IMG/VR virus record: IMGVR_UViG_3300012953_000019
Location: 1 to 64,000 of that record
Strand: one strand, 5' to 3'
DNA: 64,000 nucleotides
Origin: a virus
Each line of letters begins with the position of its first letter. The stretch's first letter is position 1. Shown here piece after piece: positions 1 to 8,197 of this stretch. Position numbers and translations under genes: made by a program. The notes beneath the pieces were generated by a model, which was not told the origin of the DNA, did not search any database, and saw only the letters and a program-made list of their open reading frames with translations.

Positions 1-81
1 AAGAGTATTTGGTATCCGAAACAATCAATTACTCCTAATTCTTTGTTACGTTGGATGCAGGAAGATTCTGATGAATCGTGA
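1..81 (+). CDS. C-terminal end of an upstream gene (partial; ...KSIWYPKQSITPNSLLRWMQEDSDES*)
   Basis: Frame 1 is open from base 1 to TGA at 79-81 and overlaps the ATG at 71 in a coupled arrangement. Confidence 0.5.
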   Translation, partial: KSIWYPKQSITPNSLLRWMQEDSDES

Positions 82-1009
82 AAACCAATATCCTATTTAC
101 ATAGTATCTAAGAATAGACATGAGTCCATGTTTACTTCTAGAAGTCTTGATAAGATGGACACGCAACATTACATTGCGATTGAACCACAAGACTATGATA
201 ACTATGTTACCGCGCTAGAAGAGTTTAACATTACTACGGCAACTCTTCTTACACTTCCGTTTAGTAATCATGGTGATGGACCAGGTAGAGCCCGCAATTG
301 GTGTTGGGATCATTCCATGAAAAACGGATTTGATGCCCACTGGGTCTTAGACGATAATATACAATCGTTCTATAGATTCAATGATAACATTAGAATACGT
401 GTTGGCTCCAGTGTGTTCTTTAGAGTAATGGAGGATTTCTTTGACAGATACGATAATCTTTATATTGCTGGTCCTCAGTACCGCTTTTTTATTGCACCCA
501 ATCAGAGTTATCCGCCTTTTGTGGCGAACACTCGTATTTACTCTTGCCTTCTTATTAGGAATGATTGTTCTCACAGATGGCGAGGTAGATATAACGAAGA
601 TACGGACATCTGCTTGCGAGTCCTTAAAGACGGAGACTGTACAGTCCAATTTAACGCATTCTTACAGGGCAAAGTTGCCACACAAACTGTAAAGGGTGGT
701 AATTCAACTGAGTTCTATCACAAGGAGGGCATGGAAGAAGGACTGAGTGAGGAACAAGTTGCTCAGAAAGTAAAAGAAAAGGGTGAAAGATACAACACTG
801 ATGGCACCATAAATAAATCACAAATGCTGGAAGATATGCACCCAGATGTTGCCAGAGTAGTTTGGCGTTACGGAAGGTGGCATCATTATGTTGATTACTC
901 ACCATTTAAGAAAAACAAACTTAGGGTAAAACAAGGAGTAAAATTGCCCGAAAACAAAGTAAATAACTATGGTATGAAATTAGTAACCTTGGAAGAGAAA
1001 ATAACTTAA
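71..1009 (+). CDS. TET-associated/GREB1-like glycosyltransferase (TAGT-like, GT-A fold); probable DNA base glycosylation
   Basis: YPIYIVSKNR N-terminus, GPGRARNWCWDHS, WVLDDNI (DxD-like), WRGRYNEDTDICLRVL and GGN motifs match my recollection of phage TAGT proteins. Confidence 0.7.
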   Translation: MNRENQYPIYIVSKNRHESMFTSRSLDKMDTQHYIAIEPQDYDNYVTALEEFNITTATLLTLPFSNHGDGPGRARNWCWDHSMKNGFDAHWVLDDNIQSFYRFNDNIRIRVGSSVFFRVMEDFFDRYDNLYIAGPQYRFFIAPNQSYPPFVANTRIYSCLLIRNDCSHRWRGRYNEDTDICLRVLKDGDCTVQFNAFLQGKVATQTVKGGNSTEFYHKEGMEEGLSEEQVAQKVKEKGERYNTDGTINKSQMLEDMHPDVARVVWRYGRWHHYVDYSPFKKNKLRVKQGVKLPENKVNNYGMKLVTLEEKIT

Positions 1010-1017
1010 AAAAAAGG

Positions 1018-1046
1018 TTGACAATTACTTTTATACCTGTTATAAT
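1018..1046 (+). promoter_or_regulatory. sigma70-type early promoter
   Basis: TTGACA-17 bp-TATAAT, with TGn extension and an A8 tract upstream. Confidence 0.9.
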
Positions 1047-1111
1047 GTGTATTGTAAGTTGGAAATTTAACTTAACTATTAAACTTTATTATTGAAAAAC
1101 GGAGATCGTCT

Positions 1112-1390
1112 ATGACAACTCAAACTGTAACAACTAAAACCGCCCGCGTACTGGCAGCCTTCACATCAGGTGAAGAACTCTCAGCGGGTCAATTGAAATC
1201 ACGCTTTCAAGTGGGCAACCCTACCGCTACGGTATCTAGCCTACGAATGAAAGGTTATCCTATCTATCTTAACACTGGGTCGAAAGACTCGCGCGGTCGC
1301 GCTGGTGTATCTAAGTATCGATTAGGCACTCCAAGTCGTGCTGTAATCGCGGCTGGTTATCAGGCTCTAGCGGCACAAGCTAAGTCATAA
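1112..1390 (+). CDS. small basic winged helix-turn-helix-like protein
   Basis: 92 aa with a GGAG SD. The segment ELSAGQLKSRFQVGNPTATVSSLRMKGYPI followed by a beta-hairpin (...SKYRL) has a wHTH pattern. It has its own promoter and terminator. Confidence 0.6.
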   Translation: MTTQTVTTKTARVLAAFTSGEELSAGQLKSRFQVGNPTATVSSLRMKGYPIYLNTGSKDSRGRAGVSKYRLGTPSRAVIAAGYQALAAQAKS

Positions 1391-1417
1391 TTTAGCTATA
1401 GCACCAACTTACAGCAC

Positions 1418-1443
1418 AAGGGAGCTTCGGCTCCCTTTTTTTA
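1418..1443 (+). terminator. intrinsic terminator with cUUCGg tetraloop
   Basis: AAGGGAGC-TTCG-GCTCCCTT followed by a T run, between convergent genes. Confidence 0.9.
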
Positions 1444-2172
1444 TCTTACGGTAATTGTATTGTCTCTAGCATTCGTTGGTACATTATCTGTTACCATAAT
1501 TCTACCAGCATTGTCTCCTCTACTAGGAGATTTACTATAGATTTTAGGAATGCCCTTTGAGTCTTTTGCTTCTGGATCGAAGACTTGGTCAATTCTTCTT
1601 GCACGTAAACGGAAGTATAATCTTTTTTCTTTTGCATACTTCTTTGCTTCAGTCAATTTACCATTTGTAAATTCTAAGCAGTTTGTATTTTTGTCGTATC
1701 TGGTCACTGGATCCATTGCACCAATATACATAAAGTCTATAGGTCCACCCATATCTTTATTACCGACTACAATTTTTTCTTTGAACATTCCAGCAACTTC
1801 ACCATATACATCAGGAACTTTATCACCCGGATCGATCTTCTTTTCTAGATGTTTAAATGCGCCTTTCATAAATCTATCTGCCAGTCCTGGAACTGCTAGA
1901 TTGATACCTTTCAATCCACCACCAGCAAGTGAAGGTGCAGATGGACCTTTCATAGACAGTCCAATTTTCTTGCCGTCATGTAGTATTAACTGCACATCGA
2001 TATATGGTTCGGAGCCAGATACTTGTCTACCTTGAAACTTTTCTGCTTTGGTGACATTTTTAATTGTTGTGCCACCTGCCTTAATCTTTATAGCAACCCC
2101 ATTCTTTTTAACAAGGTTGTTAATAGATGAAACAAATTTGTTTTCTTGTCTTTCCGCACTGGCTCCAGCCAT
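1441..2172 (-). CDS. putative PD-(D/E)xK-fold nuclease
   Basis: N-terminal helix with E (SAERQE), then EPYIDVQL...IGLSMKG (D...SxK), a restriction-endonuclease-like spacing; basic protein. Confidence 0.45.
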   Translation of the reverse strand: MAGASAERQENKFVSSINNLVKKNGVAIKIKAGGTTIKNVTKAEKFQGRQVSGSEPYIDVQLILHDGKKIGLSMKGPSAPSLAGGGLKGINLAVPGLADRFMKGAFKHLEKKIDPGDKVPDVYGEVAGMFKEKIVVGNKDMGGPIDFMYIGAMDPVTRYDKNTNCLEFTNGKLTEAKKYAKEKRLYFRLRARRIDQVFDPEAKDSKGIPKIYSKSPSRGDNAGRIMVTDNVPTNARDNTITVR

Positions 2173-2173
2173 G

Positions 2174-2320
2174 TTACTTCCCCTGACCTCTATATTTCTT
2201 GTGGCTTCTCTTTTTATGTTTGTTCATAGAACTCATTTTAAGATTGCCACGACCTATACTGGTTGATTTGTTTGTTGGCTCTATAGATACATGAGTGCCA
2301 ATTCCTCTTTGTTTTGCCAT
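2174..2320 (-). CDS. 48-aa basic peptide MAKQRGIGTHVSIEPTNKSTSIGRGNLKMSSMNKHKKRSHKKYRGQGK (not in the ORF track)
   Basis: Translated by hand. It fills the gap between neighbours with 1-nt spacing on both sides (TAATATG, TAACATG). The K-YRGQG ending resembles small proteins I recall from aquatic T4-like phages. Confidence 0.75.
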   Translation of the reverse strand: MAKQRGIGTHVSIEPTNKSTSIGRGNLKMSSMNKHKKRSHKKYRGQGK

Positions 2321-2321
2321 A

Positions 2322-2777
2322 TTATTGTCCTGCTAATGGGTTTTCCAATGCGATCTCTATCTGCTCTGTTATCTGTTTGCGGATATCAATCAACTCTTTG
2401 CCGGTATCTCTTTCAAGTTCATATAGACGTTTATCTGAATCTCTGATGTCGTTTGTCAAACTATCTTGGTCACCGTCAATTCTATTTATACTTTCCCTCA
2501 TAACATCTTGATTGGTTTGCATTGATCCTATTTTAGTCTCATATGCTTCAATTATTGTATTCTGACTTTCTACAGTCTCTTCCAAAACCGCAATTGATTG
2601 ATTGATAGCTGACAGATCAGGAGCAACATACTCTTGTATCTGTTCTTTCATGTCCATGTAATCTTTATAGACCTCAAATCCTCCGTATAGAACACCAACC
2701 GCAGATGACAAAGCCATCGCAATTGCTACCATTCTACCGCCTTTAAACTTGACGCCTCCTACTTCTATTTCTGCCAT
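2322..2777 (-). CDS. membrane-anchored coiled-coil protein
   Basis: Hydrophobic segment VAIAMALSSAVGVLYGGF followed by a heptad-rich region; TAATG coupling with the upstream gene. Confidence 0.7.
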   Translation of the reverse strand: MAEIEVGGVKFKGGRMVAIAMALSSAVGVLYGGFEVYKDYMDMKEQIQEYVAPDLSAINQSIAVLEETVESQNTIIEAYETKIGSMQTNQDVMRESINRIDGDQDSLTNDIRDSDKRLYELERDTGKELIDIRKQITEQIEIALENPLAGQ

Positions 2778-5152
2778 TAGTATTGACTCCTTATTAATTG
2801 TTGTAGCGTACCGTGATTCTCTTTTGTCAGGTCATAGATTGTTCTATTGTTATCTGATAGAGTTGTTCCCAAATACACTTGATCTTGTAAATATACCATC
2901 TCACGTTCCGTTATTGTATTATTATAATATGCTGTTAAGTCTACGCCAGTCGCTATTGTTTCTAAAGCGGCTGTCTGCCCCATTGCGGCAGGGTTAGACT
3001 TTTCTTTCTTTGCTTCTCTGTTGGCTTCAGCCATTCTTTCGGCTAGAGACTTTTCTTGTACTACTTCATTCATAAGCATATCGGTTACTGGTTCAATGAT
3101 AGCAAATCCTATAGGTGCAGAGTCTCCTAAGGCAACATTTTGTGTTACTTGCTCTACATTCATGCTTATCTGAGTACTGGAATCTCCCTCACCAGCGTCT
3201 CCTGCGCTCTCTCCAGTGATTGCAGTGTATATTTGAGCATCACTACCAAATATTGCGGCTGATGTGAAGTCTTGAACACCGATATTACCGGTTTCACTTG
3301 CTTGAAACGCACCCGAGCCGTTATTTGAGCCATCTGCGAACTGATTTGAGCCGTTATTTTGTGATCCTGATGATCCACCGCTATTTTGTTGTTGATTTTG
3401 ATTTAATTGTCCGGAATTTTGTTTCATATCTTGTACATTTCCGCTATTTTGACTATTATATGAAACATTTCCGCTATTTTGATTCGAACTTGAACTGCCA
3501 TTGCCGTTCCCACCACTAGTTGATGCGCTGTTAGACGATTTTTGCTCTAAATTTGAAATTAACTTACTTGTTGTTGATAAAGATAGTGCTACTGCGCTTC
3601 TGTTTCCGCCTTTTCTAGTTTCTTTAGGTGCTTTTGCAATCGTTTCTACTGGTTCTAGGTCTTCAACTATCTCTTCATCAACTTCATCTGGTGTTATTTC
3701 ATCAATATCTCTATCTAGCTCCAATTCTTCTTCATCTAAAGCACGATCTTCATCGAATTCTTCTTCAAAACTTCTTTCAAAATCTTGAATCTCTTCAAAT
3801 TGCTCTTCAAAAAATGGCTCTGGTAGTGCTGGTTCATTTGCTGTTGACATTTCTTCATTTACTGGTTCTGATGTATCAGGTAATTCATCTGGTCTTAACA
3901 TTACCACTGAATAGGTTTCAACTTCTTGAAAGTCTTCTTCGGTTGGTTCAAAATTGGGTGCGGCTTGAAAGTCGAAGTCTTCTTCATCCATTCCGCTTTC
4001 TTGAAAGTCTTCTGGTATTTCTCCGTAGATCGATACGTACCCTGTTTCTTCAAAACTTTCTTCTGCATTTCCTCCAAACTGATCTTCGGTCTCGGTACTA
4101 TAGCCATAAAATTCTTCCTCTGATACTCCGAAATTATCTTCAAATGATGATCCGTCATCCATTCCATCGTCACTACCACTGGAAAATGGATCGCTGTCTT
4201 CCATACCTGTATATTGACCATCATCTTGTCCATCATCTGGGGACCATTCGTCATCAAAAAAACTATCGTCAAAATATCCTGGACAAAATTCAGAAGACTG
4301 TTGGTCATTAATACATTCTTGTTCAAATACTGCGTCATCATATCCGTCACAACCAGAATCATATAATGGATCATTTGTACATTGTTGGGCATAATATGCG
4401 TCTGCATATCCAGTGCATGATGAGTCATTTAATGGATTAGAACAATCTGGTCCTGAAGAGTAACCACCGTCATTGCCGTACCACGCTCTACCACCAGGCA
4501 CAGTTTCATCATGAAAGTCGATATCGAATTCGTCAAAATTAGCCTGTGATGTGGCGTATGCTAATTGATTTAATTCATCTTTGTCTTGAGTTACGTTTCC
4601 AGTAAACCCTACAAAAACACTATGGTTGGTAATATCAACTTCATCATAAATGAAATCAAATGAATTATCAGTATGAAGATTTAATTGAAATGTGTTGGTG
4701 TTGTTATTATAATATTCGTGAACATTGTACCACAAGAATGAAGATCCTTGATCACTGGTTTCATAAAAGTAACCAGAATCTGCGCCAATAGTTTTGTCTA
4801 TTAGATCAGTCCATAATGGAGCAATCATGTAACTAAATGATCCTATATTGTTCCGATTTGCTAAGTCTAACCCGTTACAACACCTACTATTGTTGTAACT
4901 ATTATTACCTACACCCGTTGTAGGATCATAGAACATTAAAAAACCATTACTGGACATCCAAGTATCAGTAAAAGTTCCACCGTAATATGAAAAGGTGTGA
5001 CCTAAATTGATATGTACAGTCCTATCGTCAAAAGAAGGACCATCCATAACTTGAGTCATACCATCTGGACTTAATAAGTCGGGTTGTCCTAAAACTGGTG
5101 ATGCCAGTAAGAGTAATAGACCTACTAAAATACTACTCGCAAACGTCTTCAT
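2777..5152 (-). CDS. exported protein: signal peptide, NIDO-like domain, Cys repeats, acidic tract, Q/N/S/G repeats
   Basis: Signal peptide MKTFASSILVGLLLLLASPVLG. NIDO-like strings INLGHTFSYYG, SSNGFLMF, IAPLWTDL, NTFQLNL. Three C-x(3-4)-(D)PL-x4-C-x-GY-like repeats, then a long D/E-rich region. Confidence 0.65.
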   Translation of the reverse strand: MKTFASSILVGLLLLLASPVLGQPDLLSPDGMTQVMDGPSFDDRTVHINLGHTFSYYGGTFTDTWMSSNGFLMFYDPTTGVGNNSYNNSRCCNGLDLANRNNIGSFSYMIAPLWTDLIDKTIGADSGYFYETSDQGSSFLWYNVHEYYNNNTNTFQLNLHTDNSFDFIYDEVDITNHSVFVGFTGNVTQDKDELNQLAYATSQANFDEFDIDFHDETVPGGRAWYGNDGGYSSGPDCSNPLNDSSCTGYADAYYAQQCTNDPLYDSGCDGYDDAVFEQECINDQQSSEFCPGYFDDSFFDDEWSPDDGQDDGQYTGMEDSDPFSSGSDDGMDDGSSFEDNFGVSEEEFYGYSTETEDQFGGNAEESFEETGYVSIYGEIPEDFQESGMDEEDFDFQAAPNFEPTEEDFQEVETYSVVMLRPDELPDTSEPVNEEMSTANEPALPEPFFEEQFEEIQDFERSFEEEFDEDRALDEEELELDRDIDEITPDEVDEEIVEDLEPVETIAKAPKETRKGGNRSAVALSLSTTSKLISNLEQKSSNSASTSGGNGNGSSSSNQNSGNVSYNSQNSGNVQDMKQNSGQLNQNQQQNSGGSSGSQNNGSNQFADGSNNGSGAFQASETGNIGVQDFTSAAIFGSDAQIYTAITGESAGDAGEGDSSTQISMNVEQVTQNVALGDSAPIGFAIIEPVTDMLMNEVVQEKSLAERMAEANREAKKEKSNPAAMGQTAALETIATGVDLTAYYNNTITEREMVYLQDQVYLGTTLSDNNRTIYDLTKENHGTLQQLIRSQY
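3318..3482 (-). repeat. six ~10-aa (Q/S)N(S/N)G repeats inside the 791-aa protein
   Basis: QNSGNVSYNS QNSGNVQDMK QNSGQLNQNQQ QNSGGSSGS QNNGSNQFADG SNNG. The DNA repeat acatttccgctattttga occurs at 3435 and 3465. Confidence 0.8.
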
Positions 5153-6254
5153 CAGGATACTCTCTACAGAAATCTTGTTTAGCCCAAACCCTATATTCTA
5201 TATCTTTGTTTGATGCTATTTTCTTTCCATTCTGTTTGTCGAATACTCCATCTGGCATTCTTTCTGGTGATTGTTGCCATCTTTGTAATGCGGCATCACC
5301 AATCTCGCCTTGGAACGGACAAGGAGTACCTGCCATTCTCATTGCTTCCCAAACTCTTTCGTCTTGACACATTAAAGATACTGCGGCTACTTTCATGCCC
5401 ATGTCATACATTGTTTTGGACAGTTTGATTCTTTCACAATTCATATCTCTAACTGATTTACCAGCCGCCAATCCAAAAATTTGTGTTTGAACTGCGCCAC
5501 TGACACCAGTAGTACATAAGTCTTGTGAGTATGATGAACCTATACTAGGTGCTATTGCACTGGGTGGAGGAGACTTGATAGTAGTCTCTGACTTGTTGAT
5601 GTTTTCGTTTCTGTTGTTATTCGTATTCTCACTCTTTACTTCAGATGTTGATTCTGATTTAGAATTGTTGTTGTTAGTGTTAGTGTTGGTATTATTACTT
5701 GTACTATCACTATTGACATTTTGATTAACATTAGAGTTTGAGTTAGAGGTAGAATTCGAAGTGGAATTAACTGTACTATTATTTGTATTGTTATTATTCG
5801 AAGTACTGTTTACCGTACTATTATTTGTATTAACATTAGTATTGTTATTTGTATTTGTAGAAGTACTGGTATTCGTATTTACGTTAGTATTATTATTTGT
5901 ATTTACGTTTGTATTATTGGAAGTACTGTTGATAGTACTAGTATTAGTATTCACGTTTGTATTCGTGGAGGTGTTTGTATTATTGTTAGTATTAGTACTG
6001 GTGTTTGTACTAGTATTAACATTTGTGTTACTATTGGTATTGGTGTTCGTACCAGTATAATTGGTAGTGTTGTTATTTGTGTTTGTATTGGTAGACGTAT
6101 TGGTGTTGGTGTTCGTGTTGGTATTATTCGAAGTAACATCCGACGTGGTATCAGTCGTATTGTTAATTGTGGTAGTTGTGTCCTGCGCCAACGACATCGT
6201 TGCAACCAACGATAATGATACAGCCAAAATAACGCCTATGTGAACGCGCTTCAT
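5133..6254 (-). CDS. exported Asn/Thr-rich repeat protein with a Cys-containing C-terminal domain
   Basis: AGGAGA SD and a signal peptide ending SLA-Q. About 200 aa of alternating N/T/S/V, then PPPSAIAP and a domain with conserved-looking Cys (DLCTTG, MNCERIK, LMCQD, TPCP, FCRE, VCE). Confidence 0.8.
   Translation of the reverse strand: MKRVHIGVILAVSLSLVATMSLAQDTTTTINNTTDTTSDVTSNNTNTNTNTNTSTNTNTNNNTTNYTGTNTNTNSNTNVNTSTNTSTNTNNNTNTSTNTNVNTNTSTINSTSNNTNVNTNNNTNVNTNTSTSTNTNNNTNVNTNNSTVNSTSNNNNTNNSTVNSTSNSTSNSNSNVNQNVNSDSTSNNTNTNTNNNNSKSESTSEVKSENTNNNRNENINKSETTIKSPPPSAIAPSIGSSYSQDLCTTGVSGAVQTQIFGLAAGKSVRDMNCERIKLSKTMYDMGMKVAAVSLMCQDERVWEAMRMAGTPCPFQGEIGDAALQRWQQSPERMPDGVFDKQNGKKIASNKDIEYRVWAKQDFCREYPDEDVCE
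5590..6185 (-). repeat. low-complexity coding repeat (xN)n: TNTNTN/TNVNTN/NSTVNS units
   Basis: Seen directly in the translation; there are no fixed DNA repeats with unique spacers. Confidence 0.9.
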
Positions 6255-6341
6255 GTTCTCTCCTAAAGATAAGTTTGATGACAGTCTTACTGAACTGTGC
6301 CATAATGATCAAATCGCTTATAATTAAGAGGTAATTTTCGC

Positions 6342-6370
6342 TTGACATTCCTATAGTTATGATGTATACT
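6342..6370 (+). promoter_or_regulatory. sigma70-type early promoter at the head of the tailoring-enzyme locus
   Basis: TTGACA-17 bp-TATACT. Confidence 0.8.
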
Positions 6371-6372
6371 GT

Positions 6373-6380
6373 TATTTATA
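6373..6380 (-). promoter_or_regulatory. T4-type late promoter for the leftward 6254-1441 operon
   Basis: TATTTATA on + equals TATAAATA on -; intergenic, about 120 nt upstream of the ATG at 6254. Confidence 0.7.
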
Positions 6381-6405
6381 ATCAATCAATCTGTGAGAGG
6401 CTTAT

Positions 6406-6768
6406 ATGCGTATAATCCATACATACAACTCTTCAAAACGTAAGAAGACGCCTCGAGGTAAAGGTTGGCGAGAAAGAGAAGAGGCTCATCGCAAACACCT
6501 AAAAAAGTTAGGCATCGATCCAGATGCTAAACCCAAAAAGAAAAAGTTCGTTGAATACAAGCCAAAAATTTCTGCAAATCACCAGAGATCGATGGAGCAC
6601 CGTGATAAATACAAGAGTAAAGATGATGTGGGTGGTTCATGTCATAAGAAAGAACAAATGGTTTACACAGGTACATTGATTAAGGGTATAGCTACAATGC
6701 ACAAATCTAATGCCGTTCCTGTTATAAGCCAGAAACAAGCAGAAGAGATTTCGCGGATGGGAAAATGA
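6406..6768 (+). CDS. conserved basic phage protein of unknown function
   Basis: GAGAGG SD; the C-terminal YTGTLIKGIATMHKSNAVPV motif resembles proteins I recall from aquatic T4-like phages. Confidence 0.7.
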   Translation: MRIIHTYNSSKRKKTPRGKGWREREEAHRKHLKKLGIDPDAKPKKKKFVEYKPKISANHQRSMEHRDKYKSKDDVGGSCHKKEQMVYTGTLIKGIATMHKSNAVPVISQKQAEEISRMGK

Positions 6769-7496
6769 GAAAAGCTGTACTAAAACAAAACAACTCTTGG
6801 GCACCTATAACTTTACTTGTAGGACAATTAGTTGCACAACTATCATTGATACCAATGATCATGTATGCTCATGCATGGGAATGGATACCATTTACAATTA
6901 TGTATTGTGGTATGATGTTAGGCGTCACAATGGGTTATCATAGATATTGGTCACACAATTCTTTTAAGTGTCCTAAATTTATAGAATATATAATGTTATT
7001 CTTTGCTCATATTATGATGATTGGTCCAGCAATTACTTGGGCAGCCAATCACAGAGAACATCATAGATATGCTGACACAGAAAAAGATCCTCACTCACCA
7101 CACTACAGAGGATGGCTTCTTGCATATTTTGGACAAGTTCTAATTAACATCAACTTTAAATATGCAAGAGATTTACTCAAGAAAAAAATAATGAGAGATC
7201 AAGTAAAATATTATTGGTATGTTATATTCATTTGGGCAGGAATATTATTTGCAATAGACCCACTTGCCTTAATATATGCATGGTTAGCACCAGCAGGTGC
7301 CGCTAAGTTAATTGGCTCTTTTGTCTTTACATATTCACATAGAGGTAAAGAAGCACATAGTGATACTTGGTTAGGTCTCATAACACTCGGTGAAGGATTT
7401 CATAAAGCACACCACGATCATGGCAATAGACAAATTCTATGGCATAGATTTGATATCGGAGGACAGTTGATCAGACTTATTGATAAAACTGCGTAG
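6765..7496 (+). CDS. membrane acyl desaturase (delta-9-like, His-box family)
   Basis: His boxes HRYWSH, HREHH and HKAHH, the D-T-E-K-D-P-H-S-P motif, and transmembrane segments. Confidence 0.9.
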   Translation: MRKAVLKQNNSWAPITLLVGQLVAQLSLIPMIMYAHAWEWIPFTIMYCGMMLGVTMGYHRYWSHNSFKCPKFIEYIMLFFAHIMMIGPAITWAANHREHHRYADTEKDPHSPHYRGWLLAYFGQVLININFKYARDLLKKKIMRDQVKYYWYVIFIWAGILFAIDPLALIYAWLAPAGAAKLIGSFVFTYSHRGKEAHSDTWLGLITLGEGFHKAHHDHGNRQILWHRFDIGGQLIRLIDKTA

Positions 7497-7498
7497 AT

Positions 7499-8197
7499 AT
7501 GAATTTTAAATATGTACCCTTTGTGGCTGATAGATTTGATTATGATTATTGTATAACACATCCGTATCGCAATCAATTAGAAGCACACCCAATTGCAAAT
7601 GAAGATGACATGGCTTTGCTCCATGAGCATCTTACGGACTGGGAAAAAGCTATTATCATTGCAGGAAGTTATTACTTTATTTGGGATAGCTATGATCAGA
7701 AAAGAATAACAGAGCAATCGGACAAACTAATCAGTATTGAAGACTGTGAATTCTCTTCAGATGTCCATGCAAACTCTGCCACCCTTATTAAAGAGTATGT
7801 GGAAACATATCAAGGTACTTTCAGTTTCTTGATGGGTAACAACGACTATAGACCCAAAGCAGATAGCTACTTTAAACACGCACATCAATCCACGGAGATT
7901 GACGGTGAAACATACGAAGATACTTTCACGATTATCTATCCGATACATCTAGAAAATGATGTTATAGAAGAATTCAAAATTTTTTATGTGGAAGAAGAAG
8001 GAATTTACAAGCTATTAAAAGCACCATTAACTTATCCAGAAGGAGAAGTCAAAAGTATAAAATTTCCTAAAAAAGGTGAAGCACTCTTAATACATTTTAA
8101 TTCATGTAAGGGTATTCATTGGGTAGATGGTCTTACAAATAATAACTTTATGGCTCACGCATTTGATTCTGTGATAATGAGGAAAGAACTATGTTGA
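7499..8197 (+). CDS. hypothetical protein, possibly a cupin/2OG-Fe(II)-like fold
   Basis: HAH...(beta strands)...IHWV spacing is suggestive only. Confidence 0.3.
   Translation: MNFKYVPFVADRFDYDYCITHPYRNQLEAHPIANEDDMALLHEHLTDWEKAIIIAGSYYFIWDSYDQKRITEQSDKLISIEDCEFSSDVHANSATLIKEYVETYQGTFSFLMGNNDYRPKADSYFKHAHQSTEIDGETYEDTFTIIYPIHLENDVIEEFKIFYVEEEGIYKLLKAPLTYPEGEVKSIKFPKKGEALLIHFNSCKGIHWVDGLTNNNFMAHAFDSVIMRKELC

Noticed and set aside
5590-6185. Possible CRISPR array or satellite
   Set aside because: No constant repeat with unique spacers; the repetitiveness is explained by the in-frame protein.
5761-6243. Plus-strand V/L/F-rich ORFs (5761-6060, 6061-6243) that look like membrane proteins
   Set aside because: They are antisense shadows of the Asn/Thr codons (AAT/ACT read as ATT/AGT/GTT); the minus-strand gene has the SD, signal peptide and promoter.
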